From contig NW_024704742.1 in the NCBI RefSeq assembly GCF_018977255.1, positions 114,702,001 to 114,766,000 on the forward strand: DNA of 64,000 nt. Reading direction: 5' to 3'. Shown one piece after another: positions 62,691 through 64,000 of the stretch (the stretch's first letter is position 1; every line of letters begins with the position of its first letter). The notes beneath the pieces are model-generated. The model was given only the letters and a program-made list of their open reading frames with translations, was not told where the DNA came from and did not search any database. Source of the stretch: Callorhinchus milii. Lineage: Eukaryota. A program made the position numbers and the translations under genes.

Positions 62691-64000
62691 CTGGAATTGG
62701 ATAACAGAGAAATGTGGTCGTTAAACTAAAGTGATTGTATCCTCTACAGCAAACATTCACCATAAAAACACATTTGGTTAATCTTTTGCTGTGGGCTGGA
62801 TTACTCCCCATGTCTAAATAGTTTACTGCCACATCCGGCAACAAACCCATTATTTTAATGTTCTCTGGTGGTTTGACAGAGACTTTGTAATTCTTGAAAT
62901 TGTGAATAAGACTGGATTAGCTAAAAAGAAAATAATTCTATTTAACTTATTTTGACCAAAAAGGTCATCTCACCATGTTTTACAGTAAAAATGAAGTGAA
63001 AAATAAAATAATCCTTGCATTATTTGAAGTGCCTTTCACATGGAGAGAAAATTTCAAAGTTCTTTACAGGATTTTACTGTAAAGTGTAGCGACTGTGTAC
63101 TTTGCAGGCAAATGCTGTGAATCTTGAAAGTGCTTTGAGATATCCTCCACGGATGAAAGAAGGTACATGAAATGCAAAGATTACTAAGGGTATTGTTAAG
63201 GGTAATACAGTATATTATTACTGCCCATCTAGATACAAATTGCACACGCGCCAGGAAAACCTATTGGAAAACATTAAGAGAGAGAGAAGACAATTTCTCC
63301 TAGTGTCCGTCTGGCCAAAATCCCCCAAATAAAATTGGTCATTCACTTCATGGCTGTTTGTGGGACATTGCAATGTGCAAATTGGTTGCCATATTCACCC
63401 ACAACAACAGTCACCTATTCTATAGTATATCCCGTGAAATGCATTGGGAAGAATATCGAGAAAAGCGCAATATCAAATGTGGCAATTATCATTTTATTAT
63501 AAGAAAGCTGAGAAATGTCATGCTTTTTTTAGACATATTCAAACATCACAATTGTCTGTGTTTGCCGCTGGAAGTTGGGACAGAACTTTCAGTATTAGAA
63601 ACAACCACTCAGTTTGGCACTTGCTCCAGATTGGCTGATCAGAGAGGCTGATCTAATTTGAACTTTAAGAAATAATGAAATAAATGTCACAAACAAAATA
63701 GCTTCAGATGTCAGGTAGCAGTTTGGTACAAGATTATTATTAGGAGCTAATAATAACCAGTGTGATTTTGTAATTAATGGTTTTACCAATGGTTACAAAA
63801 ACACTGCATTGATTCAGTTTTTATGTATTGCATTTTTATGTATCAGGAAAGGCAATATTGAATTCTCACAAAAATCCTCATAGACACAGGAACCTCAATA
63901 ATGATCCAATATTTGTGCAGGCTCTTTTAGCACCTCTCTCTCACTTCCGAACAGAAGAGAGAAAAAAAGCTTATTGCCTGATAAGTAAGCCTTCTTTTAT

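Noticed and set aside
1..64000. CRISPR array, prokaryotic operon or other novel multi-gene system
   Set aside because: No regularly spaced repeat-spacer array and no intronless gene cluster. The window is accounted for by one spliced vertebrate gene plus interspersed repeats.

Overview
Eukaryotic (vertebrate) genomic DNA, probably from a cartilaginous fish; this is inferred from the repeat families and not confirmed. The window holds the 3' part of a RASGRF2 orthologue on the minus strand. I mapped 20 coding exons by hand (9769-62690). All have GT-AG boundaries, and they splice in phase into about 885 aa covering the end of the DH domain, PH2, the split REM domain and the CDC25 Ras-GEF domain, ending ...EPRLPA-stop. 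The upstream exons lie beyond the window. Introns and flanks are packed with tRNA-Ala-headed Deu-type SINEs, older Deu-type SINEs, L2 and CR1 LINE 3' ends, and MITE-like foldback elements. I see no evidence of a wholly new multi-gene system. The most interesting points: (1) this RASGRF2 keeps a RASGRF1-like segment with a PKA-type RRVS site; (2) a NAGNAGNAG acceptor; (3) a candidate muscle promoter and non-coding first exon near the left end, possibly for CKMT2; (4) an L2 lineage whose ORF2 runs through its own 3' recognition stem-loop; (5) several nested or inverted SINE structures able to form dsRNA. Exon numbers follow my recollection of the 27-exon human gene, counted back from the last exon. 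Repeat boundaries are approximate, and family names come from recognition, not database searches.
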